From the NCBI GenBank assembly GCA_028534125.1, contig CM052818.1, positions 49,354,001 to 49,418,000 on the forward strand: a stretch of DNA of 64,000 bases, read 5' to 3'. Source of the DNA: Lama glama. Its lineage: Eukaryota. Each line of letters opens with the position of its first letter. Position 1 is the first letter of the stretch. This document shows positions 53,120 to 64,000 of this stretch, one piece after another. The notes under the pieces were generated by a model. It ran no database searches and was not told the origin of the DNA. It was given only the letters and a program-made list of their open reading frames with translations. A program made the translations under genes and the position numbers.

Positions 53120-53410
53120 GTGTCAGACAGCACAGGCTCAGTTATGCCTTATTAAGTAAATTCAGATCACAGTCGCTTAAAACAATAGGTCCACTTGGAT
53201 TCACTGGGGGCCCTGATCTGCATTATTCTCACTTAAGATCTGAGCGGCTGCAGCGGCCAGTCTGGACAACTGAGGCAGGCGGAGCCGGCGGGAGAGGGGG
53301 GCTGCACTCTGCCGTGGCTGTCCGCGTCCCGCCGAGAATGCACGCGGCACTACCACTCCCATTTTACTGGCCAAAGTAAAGCACAAGGAAACTGCCATCT
53401 TCACCTGTTC
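53120..53410 (-). mobile_element. Old MaLR LTR fragment (MLT1J-L-like)
   Basis: 'cacagtcgcttaaaacaata' and 'cactcccattttactggccaaagtaaagcaca'. Confidence 0.5.
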
Positions 53411-53504
53411 CCAGAAGACAGAGATTTGGAAATAGTTAATAAATTACCTTTCACTCTCACAGTTGCAACTGCTAAATACAAATGTATCTTAAAAACAGCT
53501 TCTC

Positions 53505-53672
53505 CTTCTGTGCAGCACAGGGAACTACACTCAATACCTTGCAACAACCTATAATGAAAAAGAATATAAAAAGGAATATGCATATATATGTACCACTAAC
53601 TCACTATGCTGCACACCAGACACTAACACAACATTGTGAATCAATAAGACTTCAATAAAAAAATTAAAAATT
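53505..53672 (+). mobile_element. Truncated L1 3' end
   Basis: Matches in-window L1 termini; degenerate TSD aaaaacagcttctc (53491-53504) / aaaaagagcctctc (53673-53686). Confidence 0.88.
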
Positions 53673-54632
53673 AAAAAGAGCCTCTCAAACTGGAGTTATC
53701 TAACTGTAGTATCTCTCAAAAACATTTTAAAAATAATATTCAGTAAGGTGCAAGGAAAATACTCGCATTAACCTTGTTTCGACTTTTTTTTTTTTTTTGC
53801 TTGTATTTGCCGCGGTGCATCCTGTTTATTGTCTGGCAGTTAAACAACTCGATATTGGCAGCTTCACCAAAGATCCTATTTTAGGACACCCTCCCCCACC
53901 ACGCCGTGGGAGGTGGTGGTTTATTTTCATGGGCAATGTGTAAAATGTACATTAGGCATGTTGCAATCCAGTACCAATGAATAGATAATTTTGTGCTAGC
54001 TAGTGCAATAAGACATTTCTCTTTAAAAATATGTATGTGTGTATATATACATATATATACACATAAAAGTTTTACTAGAAATTCCAGCAGATCCTTGCTG
54101 TTGGCAGGAGAGTGTACAAACGTTCAGCCTCACACCAGCCCTTGTGCTGTGTGCCGGGCACACCTGTGTGGAGCCGTCTTCTCATTCACACTCAGGCCAC
54201 CGCCCGGAGTGGCTAGAAACTGTTCGGGCCATTTGGCTGACTGTAACTGCTCTAAGTTAATTTCCCATTCATGCTGGACTTGATCCTTGTGCAGAAAGGC
54301 TACTGCCTTGAACTGCCCGGGGGCCGCCTTGGTAAATGGCCACGGCCAGGTCACACACAGCGGGGAGGACTGGCGGAACACGCCAGGCCAGAGGACGGCT
54401 CGCTGGGCTCCCTTCCTGCCACCCCCGGCAGCGCAGCTGCGGGTCCGACGGTCCCTGCTGGCCCACAGCGCGAGCTCTCCAGGGGCGCCTCCTCTTTGGG
54501 TGTAGGTGATGCAGTGTCTTCCCCGTGTCTTCCGTCCTGCAGTGGCTGGCTCTCAGACCCCACACTTCCTCCTTTGTTTGCGCCCCAAACCCCGTGTGGC
54601 TCTGTGGTCCCTTCAGAACATCTATTCATTTT

Positions 54633-55402
54633 GTCTCATTTTGTAAATATTTTCATTGAAGTACAGTTGACTTACAATTTTGTGTTAGTTTCTGGTGTAC
54701 ACCAAAGTGATTCAGCCACATGTGCACATATATACACATTCTTTTTCATTATGGGCTATTAAGGGTATTGAATATAGTTCCTTGCACTGTACAGTAGGAC
54801 CCTGTTGTTTATCTGTTTTATATACAGTAATGTGTGTCTGCTAATCCCAAACTCTTAATTTATCTTTTCTCCACCCCTTTTCCCTTTGGTAACCATAAGT
54901 TTCTTTACTGTATCTGTGAGTCAGGTTCTGTTTTGTAAGTAAGTTCATTTGTACCATATCTTAGATTCCACGTATGAGTGATGTCATATGATATTTGTCT
55001 TTCTCTTTCTGACTTACTTAGTATGATCATCTTTAGATCCATCCATGTTCCTGCAAATGACATTATTTTATCATTTTTTATGGCCGAATAGTATTCCTTT
55101 GTATAAATATACCACAACTTCTTTATCCAGTCATCTGTCGGTGGACATTTAGGTTGCTTCCATGTCTTGCCTATTGTAAATAGTGCTGCTAGGAACATTG
55201 GGGTGCAGGTGTCTTTTCAACTTAGAGTTTTTTTCTAGATATATGCCCAGGAGTGGGATTGCTAGATCATACAGCAAGTCTATGTTCAGTTTTTTAAGGA
55301 ACCTCCAAGCTGTTCTCCACAGTGGCTGCATCAGTTTACATTCCCACCAGCAGTGTGGGAGGGCTCCCTTTTCTCCATCCATCTCCAGCACTTGTTATTT
55401 GT
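54633..55402 (-). mobile_element. Artiodactyl-type L1, 5'-truncated
   Basis: Peptide '[33 protein letters not shown]'; degenerate TSD agaacatctattcatttt (54615-54632) / agaaagtctattcattct (55403-55420). Confidence 0.92.
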
Positions 55403-55598
55403 AGAAAGTCTATTCATTCTGAATGATCCTGGGTGATTCTGATTCCTGCCTGGACCCTGATGTATACAACCACTCAAATCCAATGCTTGTGATCACGTTC
55501 ATTTGTGTATTTATTCATTGATCCATGGGTCAAATCATGAACATATTTACCCAATGACCAAGCTACTTCTGTTTTATATAGAAAATAACTGATGCCTG

Positions 55599-56612
55599 AT
55601 CTGCATTTCTCTGATAATCAGTGATACTGAGCATTTTTTCATGTGCCTATTGATCATCTGTATTTCTTCCTTGAAGAATTGCTCATTTAGGTCTTCTGTC
55701 CATTTTTGGATTAGGTTTTTTTTTTCTTATTAAGTCATATGAGCTGCTTATATACTCTGGAGATCAAAACTACAATGAGGTGTCACCTCACACTAGTTAG
55801 AATGGCCATCATTCAAAAGTCCACAAACGACAAATGCTGGAGAGGCTGTGGAGAAAGGGGGACCCTCCTACACTGCTGGTGGGAATGCAGTTTGGTGCAC
55901 CCACTGTGGAAAACAGTATGGAGATTCCTCAAAAGACTAGGAATAGACTTATCATATGACCCAGGAATCCCGCTCCTGGGCATATATCCAGAAGCAACCC
56001 TTCTTCAAAATGACACCTGCACCCCAATGTTCATAGCAGCACTATTTACAATAGCCAAGACATGGAAACAGCCTAGATGTCCATTGGCACATGACTGGAT
56101 AAAGAAGAGGTGGTATATTGATACAATGGAATACTATTTAGCCATAAAAACCAACAATATGATGCCATTTGCAGCAACATGGATGTCCCTGGAGAATGTC
56201 ATTCTAAGTGAAGTAAGCCAGAAAGAGAAAGAAAAATACCATATGAGATCGCTCATATGTGGAATCTAAAAAAATAAAACAAAACATAAATACAAAACAG
56301 AAACAGACTCATAGACATAGAATACAAACTTGTGGTTGCCAAGAGGGCGGCGGGTGGGAAGGGACAGACTGGGGTTTCAAAAAATAGAATAGATAAACAA
56401 GATTGTACTGTGCAGCATAGGGAAATATATAGAGGATCTTGTGGTGGCTCACAGCAAAAAAGAATGTGACAATGAAAATATGTATGTTCATGTATAACTG
56501 AAAAATTGTGCTTTACACAGGAATTTGACACAACATTGTAAAATTACTATAACTCAATTTAAAATGTTAAAAAATGTGTATATATATAACAAGATAAAAA
56601 ACAAAACAAAAA
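55599..56612 (+). mobile_element. Young camelid L1 with 5' inversion (twin priming) and 19-bp TSD
   Basis: Exact TSD agaaaataactgatgcctg at 55580-55598 and 56613-56631. 55599-~55765 is antisense and the rest sense, with an open ORF2 C-terminus to 56269 (HCWWEC motif). Confidence 0.95.
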
Positions 56613-57919
56613 AGAAAATAACTGATGCCTGGAAATGTAAAAATTGTTACAAAAATCTACTCTCCCTCCTGCAGCTTCCAGGAGCCCAGCCCTCAACATT
56701 TATATCTCATGGTGATTTCGCGAGGTTTCCTATTCCGCCAAGGTTCCTTGACTGTTTGGTTTTGTTGTCTTCATGAGCCAGGCGTTGTGTGGAGAGATTC
56801 CTCTTCACAGTCTGCATATTCCAAGTAGCTTGATGGTGGCCTACTAACCTTGAAGCTTCTGCCAGGGATCTTGGGCTCCCTCCAAGAATCAGAGGTCTCT
56901 TGCCTTTAATCAAGTTTCTGTGTGGCTTCTTTGTGTGTGTGTTTACGTGTGGTTGCCAAGTGTTATTGCCGCCCTGAACTTCAGACCCACTGCTTCTCTG
57001 CTTTGTGGCCAGGGCCTGGGCTCCAACAGCCACACCTCTCCTTGGCTCCATCCAGCTCCGTCCTTAGTGCAAACAGCAAGTACCAGAAGGGGACGGCGTG
57101 GGGTGGGGAGGGGCAAGACATGAATCCTGCCCACTTCTGCATATTCTGAAGATGTACCAGCAACAAGTCCACAGACGTCAGGGTTGCCATTCTGTGGGTT
57201 CTTCTGAGCTCCAGAGGTTGTCACAATAAGTGCCCAGCTCCTCTCTCTTGGAGCTCTGCTCTCGGAGCCCCTGAACCCTCCCTGAGGATCTGTGTTCTAA
57301 TAATTACAACCTCTTTCCTTTGTTCCCTGAGCTCTGAGGGTAGCACCTCCTTCCACAGCTGCTACTCTGTGATGCCTTACTGCTGTCTTCCTGCCGTTAC
57401 AATTCTGAAATTTCAGGCTAGAAATTCTTTGTGTTAAATGGTTCTGTTTAAATAACTGATATTCTCCGATCCATATGCCAAGTACAGAAAATGTATGCAA
57501 TATTAGCAAAAATTATAAAGCAGCATACCACCTGAGGACAGCTGTTATTCATATTTTAACCTCTTTCTCCCAACATTTTCTACAGATAAATATTGTTTGA
57601 GGCTGGTGTTCATTCTTAAGGCTACATAAATAAAAGCAAGTGTCTGTTTTTCTGTTACATCATTTAAAAAAATCTTGGACAGATGTTCACCAAATTAGAG
57701 AGGTCCCCGTAGGAGGTTTTATTAACGCATTTGGTCACATGCTTTATTCTGAAGTTTACTGGGAGACCTGGGGAGGCAACTCAAAGGTGCAGGCAACACA
57801 TCCTAACCGACATTGAGATTCCGGGAGGGTCAGTGTGGCATTAATTAGGGGCACCATGTATGGAACAAAGCAACAAACAGAAGCGAGACAAAGCTGAGCT
57901 TCAGGCACTCCTGGCTGCA

Positions 57920-58940
57920 GACGTGACGCGTCTCACTTGAGCCCTTGTACGCGGTGCTTCGGGCCTGAGTCTCAGCCGGGGCTGAATTACTGAAGGAGGT
58001 GTCGTGACTGGACGGGCACCCCCAGCGACGCCGGCCAGGTGTGTGTGGAGGCTCGGACTTGTGTCAGGTGCTCTCCACGTCACCGCACGTGTCAGCGGAG
58101 GCCTCTGCGATGCAGACGCCAGCCGGGACGAGCGGTACCAGCACTCTGGCAGGCACACCGCTCCTAAGGACGCGGCGGGAGGGAGGCGGACACCGTGGGA
58201 GAAGTCGCGATGCAGCGCTGACCCCTGCGCCAGCAGGAGGGGCAGCGCACCGGCTGAGGAGGGCCCTCGGCTCCCGCGCAGTGGTGAGGCCATCTCGGCC
58301 CGGCTCCTGAGGAGCCTCTGAGTAAAGCCAAATTTTTAAAGTCAGGACATACGTAAAGCCTGGCCTATTACCCGTGCCGGATCAGCATCAGTTCGAGTCT
58401 AAATGAGTTAGGAAGCAGCCCACCAAACGAGCGCAGATCTTCCCAGTGAAAATAATCTCCCTTCTGACCACGAGCACGTGCTTGTTGGTGAAAATCAGAC
58501 ACAAAAAACGTGCAAAGAAAAAACTGACACTGCAGACCCAACCACCCTTAACAGTCGTGCGTGTTGCCCAGGGAGCTCGGCTGCCCGTCTCCCGCTGCTT
58601 CCCGCCCACGCGCTGCCCCCGCGCCTCGCCGTCAGGGCCGCCCTGCCGCGTCTGCGCCGCGCACACGCCCCAGCACACGCCTGCGCTCCGGCTCTTCCGC
58701 CGCAAGCGCTCCGCCGGGAAAGGCCTGCACGTGAGCCGCCCGCGCGCCGCAGGCCCCCCGGGGGGCGGCGAGCCTGCTGAGGCCGCTCGCCCGGCAGGAA
58801 CATGCGCATCTGCGGCACAAAGCACTTCCTCCCGTGCGCACAAGGGCCGCCCAGATCTCACAGCTGCCTCCGTTTCCGTCCCCGCCCTTCCCTCGTCAGC
58901 ACCCGGCCCCTTCTCCCGGTGTTTCTCGGCGTTCTCGCCA
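57920..58940. promoter_or_regulatory. CpG island 3 (core 58550-58940)
   Basis: Dense CpG; NRF1-like catgcgcat at 58801 and ETS-like cacttcct at ~58823. Confidence 0.8.
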
Positions 58941-58970
58941 CTTTGTTATACAGAACAGTTGGTTCTTCCT
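58455..58970 (-). mobile_element. Ancient L1ME-like antisense fragment, GC-transformed
   Basis: Left part 'cacgtgcttgttggtgaaaatcagacacaaaaaacgtgcaaagaaaaaa...caaccacccttaaca' resembles the antisense L1ME terminus, with further collinear anchors through the island. Confidence 0.55.
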
Positions 58971-59673
58971 TAGCTGATACCCCATAATTCAGATGTCCAA
59001 CCCATCCTGACAAACCAAGTGCCCGTGATTTAATAATGCGTGCACTCTTCAGAAGGCAAGTGGCAGATCCAGGCGCACACCCCGCTAATTCCAAGCCACT
59101 CTAAATTATTTTTTTCTTAAGCTACCTGAACTCTCCCCCAGAGGAGTGTCTTATTGTTAAATAGACTGATAAATAGATAAAATTGTCTCATCTTAGCAAA
59201 AAAAAATCCACTTCCGTATCCCAATGTACACATTTTTCACTCTCTTATTTCATGTAAAATACACTGAAAATACTATTCCCAGTCAATATAGTTGGTGATA
59301 CTTTTTGTGAAAATACTATTAATTCCTTTAAGAAGTCCAGTAGGAAAGGGCATGTTATGTACACGTATGTCTTACATAATTGTCTTAGAAAATCTCTAAG
59401 GAATATATGCTTGGGGATATTTGCACACTTAGATTTTTTAATATGCTAAATTCCTAGATTTGGAATGTCTACAGATGTTTTATTAATTTATCTTCTTGTC
59501 AACAGAATTAAAGCAAGCTGTCCTTCTCACTCCAAAATCAACCTGGGATAGTCTTTATACTTTGACCTCCCGTATAAATATTAAAATGTTACTTTCAAGA
59601 ACAAAAAATAATATGTTCATATTTTTATTGTAATACTACTAAATGTATATATAATTTTGGTGAAAATCCTTAT

Positions 59674-60778
59674 TTTTTAACATTTCTTATTGATTTATAA
59701 TCATTTTACAATGTTGTATCAAATTCCAGTGTAGAGCACAACTTTTCAGTTATACATGAACATATATATATTCATTGTCACTCTTTTTATTGTCCGTGAG
59801 CTACCATAAGATCTTGTATATATTTCCCTGTGCTATACAGTATAATCTTGTTTATCTATTCTATAGTTTTCAAATCCCAGTCTATCCCTTCCCACCTTCT
59901 GCCCCCTTGGCAACCACAAGTTTGTATTCTATGTCTGTAAATCTATTTCTGTTTTGTATTTATGCTTTGTTTGTTTGTTTGTTTTTTTATTCCACATATT
60001 AGCAATCTCATATGGTATTTTTCTTTCTCTTTCTGGCTTACTTCACTTAGAATTCTCCAGGAGCATCCATGTTGCTGCAAATGACATTATGTTGTCAGTT
60101 TTTATGGCTGAGTAGTATTCCACTGTATAAATATACCACTTCTCCTTTATCCAGTCATCTGTTGATAGACATTTAGGCTGTTTCCATGTCTTGGCTATTG
60201 TAAATAATGCTGCTATGAACATTGGGGTGCAGGTGTCATCCTGAAGTAGGGTTCCTTCTGGATATATGCCCAGGAGCGGGATTCCTGGGTCATACGGTAA
60301 GTCTATTCCTAGTCTTTTGAGAGAATCTCCATACTGTTTTCCACAATGGCTGCACCAAACTGCATTCCCACCAGCAGTGTAGGAGGGTTCCCCTTTCTCC
60401 ACAGCCTCTCCAGCATTTGTCATTTGTGGATTTCACAGAACTAGAACAAATCATAATACAATTTATATTGAACCATCAAAGACCTAGAATTGCTAAAACA
60501 TTACTGAAGAAAAAGAAAGAGGCTGGAGGAATAAGTCTCCCAGTCTTCAGACAATACTACAGAGCTACAGTCATCAAGACAGCATGGTATTGGTACAAAA
60601 ACAGACATACGGACCAATGGAACAGAATAGAGCCCAGAAATGAACCCGCAAACTTTTGGTCAACTAATCTTCGACAAAAGAGGCAAGAGTATACGATGGA
60701 ATAAAGACAGTCTCTTCAGCAAATGGTGTTGGGAAAACTGGACAGCAGCATGTAAAACAATGAAGCTAGAACACTCCC
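59674..60778 (-). mobile_element. Young camelid L1 with 5' inversion plus deletion and 13-bp TSD
   Basis: TSD tgaaaatccttat at 59661-59673 and 60779-60791. 59674-60430 is the antisense 3' end; 60431-60778 is plus-strand ORF2 (FTELEQII...MKLEHSL). Confidence 0.93.
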
Positions 60779-60867
60779 TGAAAATCCTTATCTTGATGAC
60801 ACTGAGTTTTATCACTTTTCTATGTAAAGTTCTCGCACGGCTTTTGGTAAATATATTCCTGCCGATT

Positions 60868-61415
60868 TCTGTTATCCATTTGCATTGCTGCAAGATACCT
60901 TCCTACACACGTAGGGACACAAAGTGGCCCAGCAGCCTGGCCTGGTGTGGCACGTGCCGTCTCAGAGCCTCACAAGGCTGAAATCAAGAAGTCAGCTGGG
61001 CTCTGCTCCCTTGTGGATGCTCTGAAGGAGCAATCCACTTCCCAGCTCACTCAGAGCCTTGGCCACATTCAGTTCCTTCTGGCTGAAGGACTGCAGTTCC
61101 TGGCTGCCACCAAAGGCCACTTCCTGCACCTCGGGACACTCATGTCCCTTGCTATATGCCCCCTCTCCCCATATTCAAACCAGCAAGAAAGAATTTCTCT
61201 TGTGTTAAATTCCTCCTACTTCGAAACTCTGACTCCCCATTTCTGAACTTACACCTTGACTTAAGGGCTCATGAGACTGACTCAGGCTCTTTCTGAAGGT
61301 CGGTTGCACCGTATACATGAGCTGATCACAGCAGCGGGCCCCCTCGTGTTTACAGTCACAGGGCTGGGTAGAATCTTGCACTAGCAGGCAGGAATTTGAG
61401 GGGACACATATTAAA
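60868..61415 (-). mobile_element. MaLR solo LTR (MLT1E-like)
   Basis: 'cctcacaaggctgaaatcaagaagtcagctgggct...tccacttcccagctcactcag...attcagttcctt'. Confidence 0.8.
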
Positions 61416-62544
61416 ATTATTCATTGTGTTTTTCAAACCTTCTACAGCTGTACAAATATTTTTGTCTGCCTGAAAGTTTAATAATTAAAAGCATATTTCA
61501 TGTGCTCTGTCATTACTGAGGGTTTATCAACCGTTCAACAATTCTGTTGCCTTTTATTTATTTATTTTGAGACAGTTTTAAGGTGCACAAACATTTTACG
61601 TTCTGTAACCATTTAGCAATCCAGCCACACCATACCCATATTTCCAGTTTCCAAGACTGTCACTTAACAAACATTTTTAACCCAGTTAAGACTATTATTA
61701 TCGAAAGCCTATCCTCTAAGCCTGTAGTATTACTTATTTTTCTTTTAAGTGCACATAATCTGATTTTAATGTATCCATGCAGGTTTTTTTTTAATTGGAT
61801 AGTGTTCAACTGGTATGTGTTCAGCTCGATTCACAGAGAAGTTTATCTTATCTTTAATTTGGGCTCCATCTTCCATCTTTGTGCTTATTTTTGGTCTTTT
61901 AGTATTTCATCTCTAATTTCCATGTTTTTCAAACAGAAAGGTGTTCTGAAGTCTGAACTTACCATAGACTGTTGACCTGAACTTGAACATCACTGTAAAG
62001 AGAATCCACTTCCACTGGATTCTTAACAGCTACATATTCTTGCTAATTTCTCTCACATGTAAGTGCATCACACCTCATACTGTGCCTTATGAAATGAATG
62101 TATGAGAGTGGCCAGCTTTACCTCTTTTCTGTCTTTCTCTGTTTTTCTGTCTTGCTTTACTTCTATTCTAAGCATATTGATAACATGTCAGATTTATTTC
62201 TGTATTCCAGAGGTTTATTCAATAATAGTGATAAATTCTTTGATTTTGCCTACATATTCATTTTTAAAGTTTAGAGGTTTTTGTGGGTATGTGTCTATAT
62301 GTACATCTATAGAAGTGTGCATATATTAGCATATATTAGAATTATATTTTAACAGATATTAATATATTCTATAGGTACTCTCTCTCATGCACACACATAT
62401 TTCTTAATTATTTTCCCCAATGTATGATTGTGTGCACCCCACCTTGAGCACTGCATCTTAGGCGATGCGGGCCTGGTTCCCCTCCCAGAACAACGTTGTC
62501 TAGTGTGTGTCAATAAACTATTTCAATCATATACTTCAAATCTT

Positions 62545-62700
62545 TGGTTCCCTTCCTTCCTTCCTTCCATTTTTCTTTAACCTAAAATCTATTGGGCATC
62601 TTCTGTTTTTCAGGCTTTACCCTGAAGACAGACAAAATTTCACCTTTCTTTTGTTTCTGGGAGGCAAGCTGTGAGTAATGCCAAGCCTCCTTCCCAAAGG
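62545..62700 (-). mobile_element. L2 3' end fragment
   Basis: (TTCC)n tail followed by 'tctattgggcatcttctgtttttcaggc...gaagacagaca'. Confidence 0.5.
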
Positions 62701-62931
62701 AGGACCGAGGGAGGAGGACCCCTGTAGGCACCACGTCACACCGCGCTGTGAAGCCGGCTGGCGCGCTGCTCACCGCAGTGCAGGGGCAGGGCTCTCCCGC
62801 GGGGCACCGGCGCCGCGGGGGCCCGCACGGCCGCGCAGAGTGGGGCAGGGGCCCCCCAGGCCCGCGCCAGCCCGCGCATGTGCCCGGAAGCCCGGCCCCG
62901 CCTGCGGACGGGGTCGGCCGGGCAGCTAGAG

Positions 62932-63264
62932 CGCGGGTGGGCGGACGTCGCTGCTGACCGTCAGCAGTAAACGCTTCAGGCTCGGGAGTCAGCAGCGATG
63001 TCCGCTGCACCGGCTCAGCCCCGCCGCCCAGCGTGCGCGCAGCCGCCGAGCCCGCAAAGCCGCCAGTGGACCGACGGGGCCGGCGCCGCCCCGCCCCCGG
63101 CGCCGCCCCGCCCCCGGCGCCGCCCCGCCCCCGGCGCCGCCCCGCCCCCGGCGCCGCCCCGCCCCCGGCGCCGCCCCGCCCCCGGCGCCGCCCCGCCCCC
63201 GGCGCCGCGTTCCAATCCTGCGTTGCTCCCGCGGGTCCGCGGGTCCGCACTGTCGTCCTCTCTG
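62932..63264. mobile_element. MER58-like MITE, GC-transformed and interrupted by the minisatellite
   Basis: Anchors cgcgggtgggcggac, cagtaaacgcttcaggct, ctcagccccgccg, gcagcc and gcgttccaat are collinear with MER58A, in the orientation opposite to the copy at 49119-49336. Confidence 0.7.
63080..63208. repeat. 17-bp pure-GC minisatellite (ccggcgccgccccgccc) x 7.6
   Basis: Seven exact units start at 63080, 63097, 63114, 63131, 63148, 63165 and 63182, followed by a 10-nt partial unit. Confidence 0.97.
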
Positions 63265-64000
63265 CGGAGCTGGGGGGCCCTGAAGAACCACTGGTGTGCA
63301 ATCAGCAGTCCCGGGTGATAAAAGATGTTACCCCTGGATTTCTGTCTCCTCTCTTCCATTTTTAAATAATTTATTTATCTCATTCCAAACTGTTATACAA
63401 GTGAACGTAGACGCAGGCCTCCACTGATGAGTCACTTGATGCCGTAGCAAGGCGCCCGCAGGCATGTGAACACATCTGAGGACACTCAGGGTGGGTTTTC
63501 ATTAGAAGGATAACATTCGAAGAAAATATGGCCCTGCTCCTACACTTACAAAATACCAGCGTTTTCTGTAATTGGAATAAAAATGATGAAATACAAGGCG
63601 CTGCCTTCAAGGTGCAGCAGAGACTAGAAAAATGACAAATCCTGGCTTTATATTGTATTATACCTATTCCCAATTCTTTTCCTTTCCAGTTTTATTATGT
63701 TGATTTATATAAATGTATCAAATTTGGATAACCCTTAGAAATGCTAATCTAATCAGCCTTGATTCCTTTGATATGCAGAAGACCTTATTAATCATAGCAA
63801 ACTAATTGTGTTACTTTACCTATCTAACGCCTTCTGTGGAGTTTACAGTGTATCCTAGAATTAATTAACTCAGCTACTGTTCCAGCAATTTAGCCAGCTT
63901 CTTGTGCAGGTCATTATGCTTAACAGTTTAATAGTTCACAGTAAATTATCCACCTCTTCAGTTTGCCAAACACATTTAATGAAATTGGAAAGTTGGAGTT

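Larger units (their letters stand above)
62720..63290. promoter_or_regulatory. CpG island 4, promoter-like
   Basis: NRF1-like gcgcatgtgc (~62874), ETS ccggaag (~62884), GC box ccccgcc (~62896), the GC-box minisatellite and ccaat at ~63212. Confidence 0.85.

Noticed and set aside
55739..56269. 176-aa ORF, the most protein-like in the track
   Set aside because: It is the L1 ORF2 C-terminus of a truncated, inverted insertion; its ATG lies in the inverted arm.
63080..63208. CRISPR-like array
   Set aside because: Head-to-tail units without spacers, in eukaryotic DNA with no cas genes.
62582..63365. Long Gly/Ala/Arg/Pro-rich ORFs with 17-aa periodicity
   Set aside because: Translations of the stop-free 17-bp minisatellite and the surrounding GC-rich DNA.
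1..64000. Known miRNA, snoRNA or rRNA genes, processed pseudogenes, or a nameable host gene
   Set aside because: None recognised by eye. An Infernal/Rfam scan and BLAST or synteny search would be needed to exclude them; the window could lie in an intron or a lncRNA locus.

Overview
Mammalian genomic DNA, almost certainly from a camelid: it has a vic-1-type tRNA-derived SINE at ~36.7 kb and camelid-type young L1 3' ends. I recognise no protein-coding gene. The ORF track consists of chance GC-rich ORFs, decayed L1 ORF2 pieces and read-through across two 500-N gaps. The window is mostly interspersed repeats (old L1MC/L1ME-like, artiodactyl and camelid L1, L2, MIR, MaLR/ERV LTRs, MER5A, MER47, MER58), microsatellites, four CpG islands (~28, 45.8, 58.7, 63 kb) and a 17-bp GC-box minisatellite. 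The main observation is that each CpG island, plus smaller patches inside L1s, can be read at least in part as an originally more AT-rich transposon rewritten almost entirely by A/T->G/C changes. That is the expected footprint of strong local GC-biased gene conversion. There are also two twin-primed L1 insertions with target-site duplications (TSDs) that form an inverted pair around one island, and weak splice-signal evidence for a minus-strand transcript. Repeat family names and consensus comparisons are from memory, not a search; boundaries are approximate unless a TSD is given.
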